56,358 nt of DNA from a virus (lineage: Duplodnaviria > Caudoviricetes), in IMG/VR virus record IMGVR_UViG_3300036770_007473, positions 1 through 56,358 of that record; one strand, written 5' to 3'. Below the pieces are notes generated by a model. It ran no database searches, was not told the DNA's origin, and saw only the letters and a list, made by a program, of their open reading frames with translations. A program made the position numbers and the translations under genes. Below, in pieces: positions 1 through 7,807 of the stretch. The first letter of the stretch is position 1; the number at the start of each line of letters is the position of its first letter.

Positions 1-128
1 GCGAACTCTGCGACCTCCGCTTCGCTCATCCAGTTGAGGGTATCGCGAGCGATCTGCTCCCAGTCAATGATGCCTTCCTCGGCCAGTTCCAACACTCGGC
101 GGGTCATTCGGCGTGATTCGTTGGCCAT
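1..128 (-). CDS. hypothetical early protein (partial, runs off window)
   Basis: Hand-translated: ATG at 128 just after the stop of 131..352; MANESRRMTRRVLELAEEGIIDWEQIARDTLNWMSEAEVAEF, open to the window edge. Confidence 0.7.
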   Translation of the reverse strand, partial: MANESRRMTRRVLELAEEGIIDWEQIARDTLNWMSEAEVAEF

Positions 129-130
129 GA

Positions 131-352
131 TCAACCCCAGTCCTTCTTGTCACCGAACTGCTCGTTGTAGTCATAGCCGGCCATGTAGGCTTCGTATTCT
201 GGGGTACCAGGCTCGACCTGGACTTCCTCGCTGGCGTAACTGTCCCCTAGAAAGTAATGCGGGCGACGCTCGCGATGGTAGTAGGAATCGGCACCGCCGC
301 GGTCAAAAGGACCACCATGGCGGGTGTCGTATTGTGTGATAGTTTCTGTCAT
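131..352 (-). CDS. hypothetical early protein
   Basis: 73 aa ORF with AGGAG RBS, in a tightly packed minus-strand run. Confidence 0.8.
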   Translation of the reverse strand: MTETITQYDTRHGGPFDRGGADSYYHRERRPHYFLGDSYASEEVQVEPGTPEYEAYMAGYDYNEQFGDKKDWG

Positions 353-507
353 CTCACTTCTCCTACGAATTTACGATAAAAAGCGATTTCGATCTCCATG
401 GCTTCACGGAACTCGGGTGTTCCGGGCTGGTACCCAAAGGCCTTGACATTGGCCTCGCATTGGCGGTACATGGGCATCTCCTGTTTCAAGAGTTCTGGTG
501 CGGTCAC
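349..507 (-). CDS. small hypothetical protein (52 aa, not in ORF track)
   Basis: Hand-translated VTAPELLKQEMPMYRQCEANVKAFGYQPGTPEFREAMEIEIAFYRKFVGEVR; GTGA overlap with upstream stop and ATGA overlap with downstream start. Confidence 0.65.
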   Translation of the reverse strand: MTAPELLKQEMPMYRQCEANVKAFGYQPGTPEFREAMEIEIAFYRKFVGEVR

Positions 508-716
508 GATTCAACTCCGAAATGTTCTTTGATCCGGAACATGACTTCTGAGCCAGTGTTGTCTTCCAGCAGGCCATCAGCGATGTCAGCACACTCCCTG
601 ACAATCAACTCGGCGAACTTTTCTACTGCTTGGGCGTCTTCTGAACCTTTGACACCAATCCATAGAAGTTCTTCTAACCCAGACTGCACAGCGAGTTCTC
701 GGATCCGTTCGTTCAT
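504..716 (-). CDS. small hypothetical protein, MNERI...EKFAELIV family
   Basis: 70 aa; ATGA overlap; paralog of 713..916. Confidence 0.8.
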   Translation of the reverse strand: MNERIRELAVQSGLEELLWIGVKGSEDAQAVEKFAELIVRECADIADGLLEDNTGSEVMFRIKEHFGVES

Positions 717-916
717 TCTTTCACTCCAAAACGTCGTTTGATACGACCCTGATAGTATTCAGCATCTTGCCCGTCGTCGTACACTGCATCGATGCATTCC
801 TGCACGATCAACTCAGCGAATTTTTCATGGGCACTGTTCTTGGCACCGTAGAAGTCGCCATCCTCATCACACAGACCACACTCTTTGGCCAATGCTAAAA
901 TCCGTTCGTTCATCAT
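713..916 (-). CDS. small hypothetical protein, MNERI...EKFAELIV family
   Basis: 67 aa; GGAGG RBS; paralog of 504..716. Confidence 0.8.
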   Translation of the reverse strand: MMNERILALAKECGLCDEDGDFYGAKNSAHEKFAELIVQECIDAVYDDGQDAEYYQGRIKRRFGVKE

Positions 917-1215
917 GCTGCCTCCAATTCTAAAACCCGAGCGGGATACTGGATGGAGCCTTCGTATTCCAGTTGGCCGCGCTCGAAGTCTGTGACATAG
1001 TCGTCTGCCACCAACTGCCAGTCCAGGATGTACTCTTCGGTATACTCGTTCGAGTATTCGATCTGGCCGCGCACCTGTTCTACCAACACTCCAGGCGCAG
1101 TCTTGACAGGATCCACTCCCAGGATGAAGTAGTCCTCGCCGCCCTTGAACTTCCAGTAGGGCTCCGCCGGGGTGCCGTAGTTTTCGCGGTACTGTGTGGT
1201 GATCAAGATCTTCAT
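913..1215 (-). CDS. hypothetical early protein
   Basis: 100 aa; AGGAGC RBS directly downstream of a consensus sigma70 promoter. Confidence 0.85.
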   Translation of the reverse strand: MKILITTQYRENYGTPAEPYWKFKGGEDYFILGVDPVKTAPGVLVEQVRGQIEYSNEYTEEYILDWQLVADDYVTDFERGQLEYEGSIQYPARVLELEAA

Positions 1216-1243
1216 GCGTGCTCCTGTTCTTTCACTATACCTA

Positions 1244-1273
1244 ATTATAGCCGAAATTGCCTTTTCTGGTCAA
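1244..1273 (-). promoter_or_regulatory. early sigma70-type promoter
   Basis: TTGACC-N18-TATAAT on the minus strand. Confidence 0.8.
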
Positions 1274-1385
1274 CCAGCACTCTGCGCAGAACCCATGGCG
1301 CATCGATCCTGCTCACAAACCAGGCGAATAGTTTACGATCGCAGTCCTGCAGGAGCAGGCGTGGGTTGTAGATGCCCTGCTCCAC
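1245..1385 (-). CDS. possible small protein (46 aa)
   Basis: GTG right after the stop of 1387..1650; fills the gap but runs across the next promoter. Confidence 0.35.
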   Translation of the reverse strand: MEQGIYNPRLLLQDCDRKLFAWFVSRIDAPWVLRRVLVDQKRQFRL

Positions 1386-1386
1386 G

Positions 1387-1650
1387 TCAGGAACTCCAGA
1401 AAGTTTCGCTACGGGGTGAGGCATAATAAGGTGTGTCGTAGCGTTCCTGGAACTCTTCACCGGTCAAGGCATTGCGGCTGGTGACCATGGTGGCACACAC
1501 ATGGAAACGATATCCCTGGCTGGAAGGATACCGCTTCGAGTACACCTCGTGCAAGGCCCCGCTGTCCGCGGTTGAATGATCCACTTTCCTCACCAATCGC
1601 TCGCCGTTCCGGGTGCGACGGTCTCGCTTGTAAAGTTCTACTGTGAGCAT
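1387..1650 (-). CDS. hypothetical early protein
   Basis: 87 aa; TAAGGAG RBS; ends ...DTPYYASPRSETFWSS. Confidence 0.8.
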   Translation of the reverse strand: MLTVELYKRDRRTRNGERLVRKVDHSTADSGALHEVYSKRYPSSQGYRFHVCATMVTSRNALTGEEFQERYDTPYYASPRSETFWSS

Positions 1651-1660
1651 CAGGTTCTCC

Positions 1661-1930
1661 TTAGGCGAATTCGTAAAATTTCACGGCAGGGTCCAACTTC
1701 TGCAGTTCACGGGCGCATCGCGTGAGCATGCGATACTTGCGGTCCACTGTGGAGCGCGGCAGTTCGCCATCACAGGTGAGGTTCTCAGGGCTCAGGGCAC
1801 AATCGATCTCGTTGGCAATCTCTTGCCGATCCTGGGCATTGTTGAGATCCAGGGGCCGGTTCCGGAACATGGCACGGATGGCATTGCGTTCTTTGACGTA
1901 CTGGGCCAGGGTCACTGAGTTGATGTTCAT
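1661..1930 (-). CDS. hypothetical early protein
   Basis: Start moved to ATG 1930 (AAGGAGC RBS); contains ALSPENLTCDGE. Confidence 0.8.
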   Translation of the reverse strand: MNINSVTLAQYVKERNAIRAMFRNRPLDLNNAQDRQEIANEIDCALSPENLTCDGELPRSTVDRKYRMLTRCARELQKLDPAVKFYEFA

Positions 1931-1959
1931 CGTCTGCTCCTTGTTATCCACTATACCTA

Positions 1960-1989
1960 ATTATAGCCGAAATCGGCATTTCTGGTCAA
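1960..1989 (-). promoter_or_regulatory. early sigma70-type promoter
   Basis: TTGACC-N18-TATAAT; near-identical to the promoter at 1244..1273. Confidence 0.8.
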
Positions 1990-2019
1990 CCGCCCCAAAA
2001 ATGCTAGGTTAGCAAGCAC

Positions 2020-2193
2020 TTACTTTTGGGGCTTTGGACCCACGCCGCAGGCGTAGAAGAAGCGATCACAGTCAAAGCGGCTGTTGGCTTCTTTACAGGC
2101 ACTGGCTACCGCCGTGGCCGCTTGCAGACGGGCGTGGGGATCTAGGATTGAGTCGATGTATTTGGCGAGCAGTTCAAAGTGTTTCCGAGACAT
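2020..2193 (-). CDS. small hypothetical early protein (57 aa, not in ORF track)
   Basis: Hand-translated MSRKHFELLAKYIDSILDPHARLQAATAVASACKEANSRFDCDRFFYACGVGPKPQK; TAGGAGC RBS behind a promoter. Confidence 0.75.
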   Translation of the reverse strand: MSRKHFELLAKYIDSILDPHARLQAATAVASACKEANSRFDCDRFFYACGVGPKPQK

Positions 2194-2222
2194 GCTGTGG
2201 CTCCTATCGTTTATGATGTCTA

Positions 2223-2252
2223 ATTATAGTGGAAACGGGATTTATTGGTCAA
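2223..2252 (-). promoter_or_regulatory. early sigma70-type promoter
   Basis: TTGACC-N18-TATAAT. Confidence 0.8.
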
Positions 2253-2254
2253 CC

Positions 2255-2280
2255 AAAAAAAACCCCGCCGGGGCGGGGTT
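2255..2280 (-). terminator. intrinsic terminator after porin gene
   Basis: AACCCCGC-loop-GCGGGGTT hairpin followed by a T-run on the minus strand. Confidence 0.85.
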
Positions 2281-2298
2281 CATCAGCATCCAGACCAA

Positions 2299-3324
2299 TT
2301 AGAACGTGTGGCTGATACCCACCGAAGTGGTTTTAGGATCAAGTCCCCCGGCTGCTGGAGCAGCCACTTGGCCGGACATGTACATCTTGGCATTGGCTTG
2401 ATTGTCCACGGCAGTATAAGCCGCATACAGAGTGGTGCGCTTGCTAAGGGCCTTGGTCACTCCCAGGGTGTAGCCCTTGCCTTCACCGGCAGTACTCTGG
2501 CTCGCATCCTTGGCCACAGCATATACTCCGTGCAGAGCCACGCCGTTGGCCAAAGGCATGCGCACAGATCCTTGGGTCACGGTGTTTTCAGCACCATTGG
2601 CGTTGTTGACATCGCCGCGACCGTGGGCAGCACCCACTGATACCACTCCAAAATCATAGGAAGCACCGTAGGTGGTAAAATCACGATCTCCTGCTGTGGA
2701 AGTAGCACCCATGGTAGCATAGCCGACGAATGCTCTCACGCGATCTTGGCGATAGGATACCATGATGCCTTTTTGATCACCTGCGGCATCCGTGGTGTCT
2801 CCAGCGGCATTGCCGGAGGCATAGGCGATGTCGGCCTGGAATCCAGAGACCGTGGGCGACAGATAACGGATCACGTTTTTCTGATCGACTCCCAGTTCAA
2901 CTGCGGTGCCATTGATAGCGCGGTTGCCAAAGTTAGCAAACTGGCTCACAAAAGATTCCACATTTTGTGCATCGGTCACGTCACCGCGCCCGAATCGCAC
3001 TTCACCTAGAGATTTTGAAGCGAATCCTACCCAAGCTTCGCGATTGAATACCTCGTTGGTAGACGTGGATCCCATGGTGCCGTTGGAAGCAGCTACCGCA
3101 CCTTCCAACATGAACTTGACTTCAACACCATTGCCCAGATCTTCAGATCCTCGAAATCCCAGGCGGCTCGTGCCCCATGCATTGTTTTGAGCCCGAGTGT
3201 ATGTCTGGGTGCCGTTATTGTGACTCTGGAATCCGGTATCGATCACTCCGTACACAGAAACATTTTGCGCATGCACGGTGTTGATCATACTGCCCAGCAA
3301 AATAGACATTGCTAGTTTTTTCAT
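2299..3324 (-). CDS. Gram-negative general diffusion porin (Neisseria/Burkholderiales type)
   Basis: Signal peptide MKKLA...VHA|Q; motifs NVSVYGVID, SRLGFRGSEDLG, NREAWVG, LSKRTTLYA; C-terminal GISHTF ending in Phe. Confidence 0.92.
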   Translation of the reverse strand: MKKLAMSILLGSMINTVHAQNVSVYGVIDTGFQSHNNGTQTYTRAQNNAWGTSRLGFRGSEDLGNGVEVKFMLEGAVAASNGTMGSTSTNEVFNREAWVGFASKSLGEVRFGRGDVTDAQNVESFVSQFANFGNRAINGTAVELGVDQKNVIRYLSPTVSGFQADIAYASGNAAGDTTDAAGDQKGIMVSYRQDRVRAFVGYATMGATSTAGDRDFTTYGASYDFGVVSVGAAHGRGDVNNANGAENTVTQGSVRMPLANGVALHGVYAVAKDASQSTAGEGKGYTLGVTKALSKRTTLYAAYTAVDNQANAKMYMSGQVAAPAAGGLDPKTTSVGISHTF

Positions 3325-3506
3325 GATTTTTCCTTTCAAGAGATGATTGTTTTTTGCTTGTGAACGATTATTTCACTTACGGAAGGCGTTCTGTAGTAAC
3401 ACTACAGTAAAGACATTGATATGTCAAGCGTCTAGGATGATCCGACGTCGGTCCAATACCGGCGCTGCTGTACTAATTTAGCATGCGATCGATGGGCAGA
3501 ATTTTT

Positions 3507-4550
3507 TTAAAGTATAATGTTAGCCCGAGCTTGAGCCACAGAATACTGGGCATCCTGTAGGTTATTGGCCACGGTGGTATTTGGGTTCACATCAACCAAC
3601 TGAGTGTCTAACTGTATGCCCACTGCGTTCAGCACTGCTATGTTCCTGCCCTCTCGCATGCTGGCTATCACTGCTTGACCAGAAAGAGTGCTGGTATTGG
3701 CCACATTTTCAAAAAACTGTGCTGTGCCGCCTTCGGTGATGTCCAGGCCAAGATCGTGCAGTTGACTGGTCAGACCCAGCACTGTACTGACAGAGTTGGG
3801 GACCAGATTAGCATTGGCCGGATCATTGACCACGTTGCCGATGTCTAAGCCTGCAGCGATACAGTTGTCCACATTGAGCACCAACTGTTGGGCGGTGGCG
3901 TCGAATGCATCATTGGCCAGGGTGGTTTGATTGGCATAGGTTGATGCTATGGTGTTTATCACGGCGTTGGCCGATGCTATGAGATTGCCGAATGCCGCAT
4001 CGATCACATTGCCAAATGATAGATCAGGACCGTAGGTTCCCTGTCCCGGTAAGGGAGCAGGAATGGTGATGGTATAAGTGTCAGGCGGTCCTGTGGTCAC
4101 AGAAGTATAGGCATTGCCCAGGCAGTAACTCATCACGGTATACACACCATTGACAGAGGATGTGGCCGTGCCTCCATTGGCTGTAAGGCCGTCCAGGGCG
4201 CCGATGTTGGCCAGGTCCTGGATCACCTCTGTGGTCACAGAGATAGCAGTGGTAGCAGTGGCACCGGCAGCGATTCCGATCACATCATTGGTGGTCAAGG
4301 TATTACCCGGGCCGGTACCGGTGGCCAGCACATTGCCATAGAAATTGGTGACCGCAGGTGGCAAGGGTTCCGTGAGAGCATTGATCAGACCGAGATCTTT
4401 GTTGCTTTCCAACTGGCTGACTGCGGCACTGACTGCAGGAAGATCTGCGCGGAAGATATCTTTGACTTGGCGCAGGCTACGGCTCAAGGCCTGGTTGGCC
4501 AAGGCCTGATCCGGAGGTATGATTTTTTTCAGTGTGTTATACGTGGTCAT
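3507..4550 (-). CDS. hypothetical, probable virion protein
   Basis: 347 aa, rich in Asn/Thr/Ala; translationally coupled downstream of PAAR and the Gly-rich gene. Confidence 0.75.
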   Translation of the reverse strand: MTTYNTLKKIIPPDQALANQALSRSLRQVKDIFRADLPAVSAAVSQLESNKDLGLINALTEPLPPAVTNFYGNVLATGTGPGNTLTTNDVIGIAAGATATTAISVTTEVIQDLANIGALDGLTANGGTATSSVNGVYTVMSYCLGNAYTSVTTGPPDTYTITIPAPLPGQGTYGPDLSFGNVIDAAFGNLIASANAVINTIASTYANQTTLANDAFDATAQQLVLNVDNCIAAGLDIGNVVNDPANANLVPNSVSTVLGLTSQLHDLGLDITEGGTAQFFENVANTSTLSGQAVIASMREGRNIAVLNAVGIQLDTQLVDVNPNTTVANNLQDAQYSVAQARANIIL

Positions 4551-5620
4551 ACTGTGGCCTCTAGGGGAGGTAGTCCCAATCTCGCTCGCACGATGGGATC
4601 ATCGCCGGTATAGGCTGGAGCATTGGGATCTTGCAGGAACTTCTCGAGATTGGTGTTCACGCTGCTGGCCGATGCATAGACGCCACGCAGTCCGTCGGGC
4701 GTGGGCATGGTCAGGGTGGTGTAACTGTTAGGCAAGATCTTGGCCGGATTTAGTAGATCGGCCATGTTTCCTATCCCGGGTGTGCTCACTCCCAAGATAC
4801 TTTTTACTTGGGTGAGTTCACTTCCTGTGATCTTGGTCATACCATCATATAACAGTTTATTGGCCGAATCGGAGATGTTCGCGAATCCTCCAGATGCCAG
4901 GCTGGCTATGGCTGAACTGTCTACCCCGGCTGAACGCAGGGCGTTTTCTACCCCGGGTATCATGCCGCCCACCGAAGCCAACTGCTTAACTAGAGCCGAC
5001 GGATCTCCAAGGCTAGGCAGATTACCAAGATCGATGAGATTACCGAGGTCGCCAAGGTCGCCGCCCAAGGCACCAAAAGCCTCCGACACTTGGCTGAAAC
5101 TGCCGGTGATGAGGCTGTCCATGCCTCCGGTGATAGATCCAAAGGTAGAACTGATTGAGTCGATGTTGAGGCCACTGTTGATGAATTGGTTGGCCTGGCC
5201 TACGAATCCTTGCGCTGAATTGAATATCTGCCCAAACTGGCTGAGATCTCCAGAACCCATCAAGCCAGAAGCGGTGCTGGATATCAGGCCAGTGAAACCC
5301 CCGTCAAACACACCGCCCGAGGCTATGGGACCCAGGGCCGATGCGAAATCCCCCGGGATGGCATTGGTCAGGGCCGGAAATGCTCCTGCTCCCAGAGTTC
5401 TAAGACTGTCCAAGGTACCACTGCCTAGCACACCTGTGGCTGAAGTCACTATGTTGGAAAACTGTCCTGTGATAGGCAGGCTAGAAAATCCACCCAGGCT
5501 GCTGGTCAGTGCAGAACTCACACCCAGGCTGGAACCCAATCCTGACACAGCGCTGGCACCCGGCAACATGCCAGCACCGGCGATCAACATGGTTGGACTC
5601 AGTGGACCAGCACAACTCAT
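4547..5620 (-). CDS. Gly/Ser-rich hypothetical, probable virion protein
   Basis: 357 aa, strongly G/S/L/A-biased; starts immediately after the PAAR gene. Confidence 0.75.
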   Translation of the reverse strand: MSCAGPLSPTMLIAGAGMLPGASAVSGLGSSLGVSSALTSSLGGFSSLPITGQFSNIVTSATGVLGSGTLDSLRTLGAGAFPALTNAIPGDFASALGPIASGGVFDGGFTGLISSTASGLMGSGDLSQFGQIFNSAQGFVGQANQFINSGLNIDSISSTFGSITGGMDSLITGSFSQVSEAFGALGGDLGDLGNLIDLGNLPSLGDPSALVKQLASVGGMIPGVENALRSAGVDSSAIASLASGGFANISDSANKLLYDGMTKITGSELTQVKSILGVSTPGIGNMADLLNPAKILPNSYTTLTMPTPDGLRGVYASASSVNTNLEKFLQDPNAPAYTGDDPIVRARLGLPPLEATV

Positions 5621-5911
5621 TTATAGTCCCACAATCACATCCGGACTGCCTTGGGCCACAGAGGTGCATGATTTCAGTTTACTGCCCACAGTGGCAGCAG
5701 GCAATCCATTTATGAAAACCGAACTGGAACCTGTGATGATAGGCACAGTGTGCCGAAAGCAGCGTCTGGCTGGCGCGCTGTGAGATGTGCTGAGATCGGT
5801 TACTCTGGCAGCCTTGCGTGAGTTGATATTGACATTATCACTGCCAGTGGCTATGGTGTAACTGCTGCAGTGGGGTACTCCGGCGTCACCTTGTCTTGCT
5901 GCTGCGGGCAT
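5621..5911 (-). CDS. PAAR-domain spike tip protein (T4 gp5.4-like)
   Basis: PAAARQGD, KAARVTD and PAATVG repeats; GSxxVxING motifs; His/Cys candidate metal ligands. Confidence 0.9.
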   Translation of the reverse strand: MPAAARQGDAGVPHCSSYTIATGSDNVNINSRKAARVTDLSTSHSAPARRCFRHTVPIITGSSSVFINGLPAATVGSKLKSCTSVAQGSPDVIVGL

Positions 5912-6101
5912 TCTCTATCTCCATCAATCTCTCAAATCGTGGGACCCATGCTTCTATCTCAGCATGCTGTTCCTCGGTATGCGGGCCCGGCGGGATTTCA
6001 GGACAGAACTCAATTACATGGTCAAACGCTGTCGGTATGTCTTCGAAGCGATCAAACTCATGCAACTGGCCCGAGATCATGATCACGAATCTGTGCGGCA
6101 T
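5886..6101 (-). CDS. hypothetical phage protein
   Basis: 71 aa; FDHVIEFCPEIPPGPHTEEQH; in operon. Confidence 0.75.
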   Translation of the reverse strand: MPHRFVIMISGQLHEFDRFEDIPTAFDHVIEFCPEIPPGPHTEEQHAEIEAWVPRFERLMEIENARSSKTR

Positions 6102-6102
6102 G

Positions 6103-6408
6103 CTAGCCAGTGATGATCTGCTTCCTGACAGGCGCTATGCCCGTAGTGGCTTGGATCCAACTGTCACGCACATCGTCACGTGTTTCCGCGATCATGGCCC
6201 AACTAGAGTTATTTAGCCGCATGTTTTTGTCCATGTTAGCAGAAAACAGCCCGGGCATCATCTGCAGGCCCTGAGGACTCAGCACTGTAAGGATGGGGTG
6301 TTCAATGATCATGTGATCTGCATGGGTTTCCAGCACACGGGCCACGATTTCCTCGCCGGTCAGCAGTTTAAAGGTATAGATAGTGTCTTTTTCTATAGTG
6401 ATAGTCAT
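6103..6408 (-). CDS. hypothetical protein, possible Sm-like beta fold
   Basis: TFKLLTGEEIVARV start resembles small Sm-like phage proteins. Confidence 0.65.
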   Translation of the reverse strand: MTITIEKDTIYTFKLLTGEEIVARVLETHADHMIIEHPILTVLSPQGLQMMPGLFSANMDKNMRLNNSSWAMIAETRDDVRDSWIQATTGIAPVRKQIITG

Positions 6409-6683
6409 AGGGTTCCTGAAGCGAGTGAATCTCTCAGTTCCATTTCGTTGAGTATATCTTCTGTGGTCATCCGGCTGAGACCGGTCCAGCCACCTTCCAC
6501 GAATATCTTACCATCCATGAAGATCTGGGGCACGGTGCGCAGACCCTGGCGCTGGATGAATTCGCGTGCTTCTGTGTCTTGTTCGATGTTGATTTCGCGA
6601 AAGTTGATATTTTTGCTCTGGAGATAGTCTTTGGCCATCACACAGAAAGGGCAGTTGTTTTTGGAATAAATGGTCAACATCAT
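6405..6683 (-). CDS. grx: glutaredoxin
   Basis: CPFC active site, TVPQIF and GG motifs; follows nrdB. Confidence 0.92.
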   Translation of the reverse strand: MMLTIYSKNNCPFCVMAKDYLQSKNINFREINIEQDTEAREFIQRQGLRTVPQIFMDGKIFVEGGWTGLSRMTTEDILNEMELRDSLASGTL

Positions 6684-7807
6684 AATGATAGTCCTGAGAG
6701 AGTGTTGGAGTCTACGTCTTGTATTGTTCCGCCGATGATATAACTGCTCAATTCAACTTCTTGTGGTGCTACCTGTACATCGGCTCCGGCGATCCATTTC
6801 TGCGTCCAGGGCAAAGGATTGGTACCTCCTTTGAATCGACTAGGCAATCCAATGGCGGTCATCCGTTTGTTGGCGATCCACTCGATGTAGTCGCACAGCA
6901 GTTGTTCGTTGAGACCGATCATGCTACCATCGCGGAACAGATAGTTCGCCCAGCGTTTTTCTTGATCTACTGCAGATTCGAACATGTCTTTCATTTCCTG
7001 CTCGGTCTCTGCTCTGATACGCACGTAGTCGGGATCATCCTGTGGCAGCAGTTTCAGTAGTTGTTGGGTGCTGGCCAGGTGGACGTTCTCGTCACGGGCG
7101 ATAAACTTAATGATCTTAGCGTTACCCTCCATCTTCTTGAGCTCTGCGAACGCCCAGGAGCACGCGAAAGACACATAGAACCTGATGCCCTCGAGAACAT
7201 TGACCGAAGCCAAGGCCAGCCACAGTTTTTTCTTAAGTTCGTATTCGTCGACATTGACAGTCTCTCCATTCACGGTGTGATTTCCTGCTCCCAACAATTG
7301 ATACCATCCGCTGTATTGCACTAGATCATCATAGTACTTGGTGATGCCATGGGCGCAGTCGATGATTTCTTCCACATCCAACATTTCATCGAATATACGA
7401 TCTGGATCACTGTACACATTGCGTATGATGTGAGTGTAGCTGCGGCTATGGATGGTTTCGCTGAACGTCCAGGTGGCGATCCATGTCTCCAGTTCGGGCA
7501 ATGACACCACCGGCAAGAAACCCAGACTAGGACTTCGGCCCTGCACCGAATCCAGCAAGATCTGCCGTTTGAGATTGCTGGTAAAGATGTGCTGTTCATT
7601 GGCAGTGAGATCTTTGAAATCTTTGGCATCTCGCAGTACATCGACTTCTTCTGGTCTCCAGAAAAATCCCAACTGCTTGTCCGTGAGTTTGTCAAATTGG
7701 CGGTACTTCATGGTATCGTATCTCTGCATGCCCACGCCACCTTCGGGGTCCAGAAAGGCCAGACTCCGGGTGTGATCGCGATTTTTCTTTAGATTTAGTA
7801 CTGTCAT
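6680..7807 (-). CDS. nrdB: ribonucleotide reductase class Ia beta subunit
   Basis: FFWRPEEV, LLDSVQGR, ETIHSRSY, LEGIRFYVSF, RDENVH, VAPQE. Confidence 0.97.
   Translation of the reverse strand: MTVLNLKKNRDHTRSLAFLDPEGGVGMQRYDTMKYRQFDKLTDKQLGFFWRPEEVDVLRDAKDFKDLTANEQHIFTSNLKRQILLDSVQGRSPSLGFLPVVSLPELETWIATWTFSETIHSRSYTHIIRNVYSDPDRIFDEMLDVEEIIDCAHGITKYYDDLVQYSGWYQLLGAGNHTVNGETVNVDEYELKKKLWLALASVNVLEGIRFYVSFACSWAFAELKKMEGNAKIIKFIARDENVHLASTQQLLKLLPQDDPDYVRIRAETEQEMKDMFESAVDQEKRWANYLFRDGSMIGLNEQLLCDYIEWIANKRMTAIGLPSRFKGGTNPLPWTQKWIAGADVQVAPQEVELSSYIIGGTIQDVDSNTLSGLSL

Noticed and set aside
4740-5783. 347-aa plus-strand ORF
   Set aside because: Antisense shadow of the Gly/Ser-rich gene and PAAR; Pro-rich composition mirrors Gly codons; no RBS or promoter seen.
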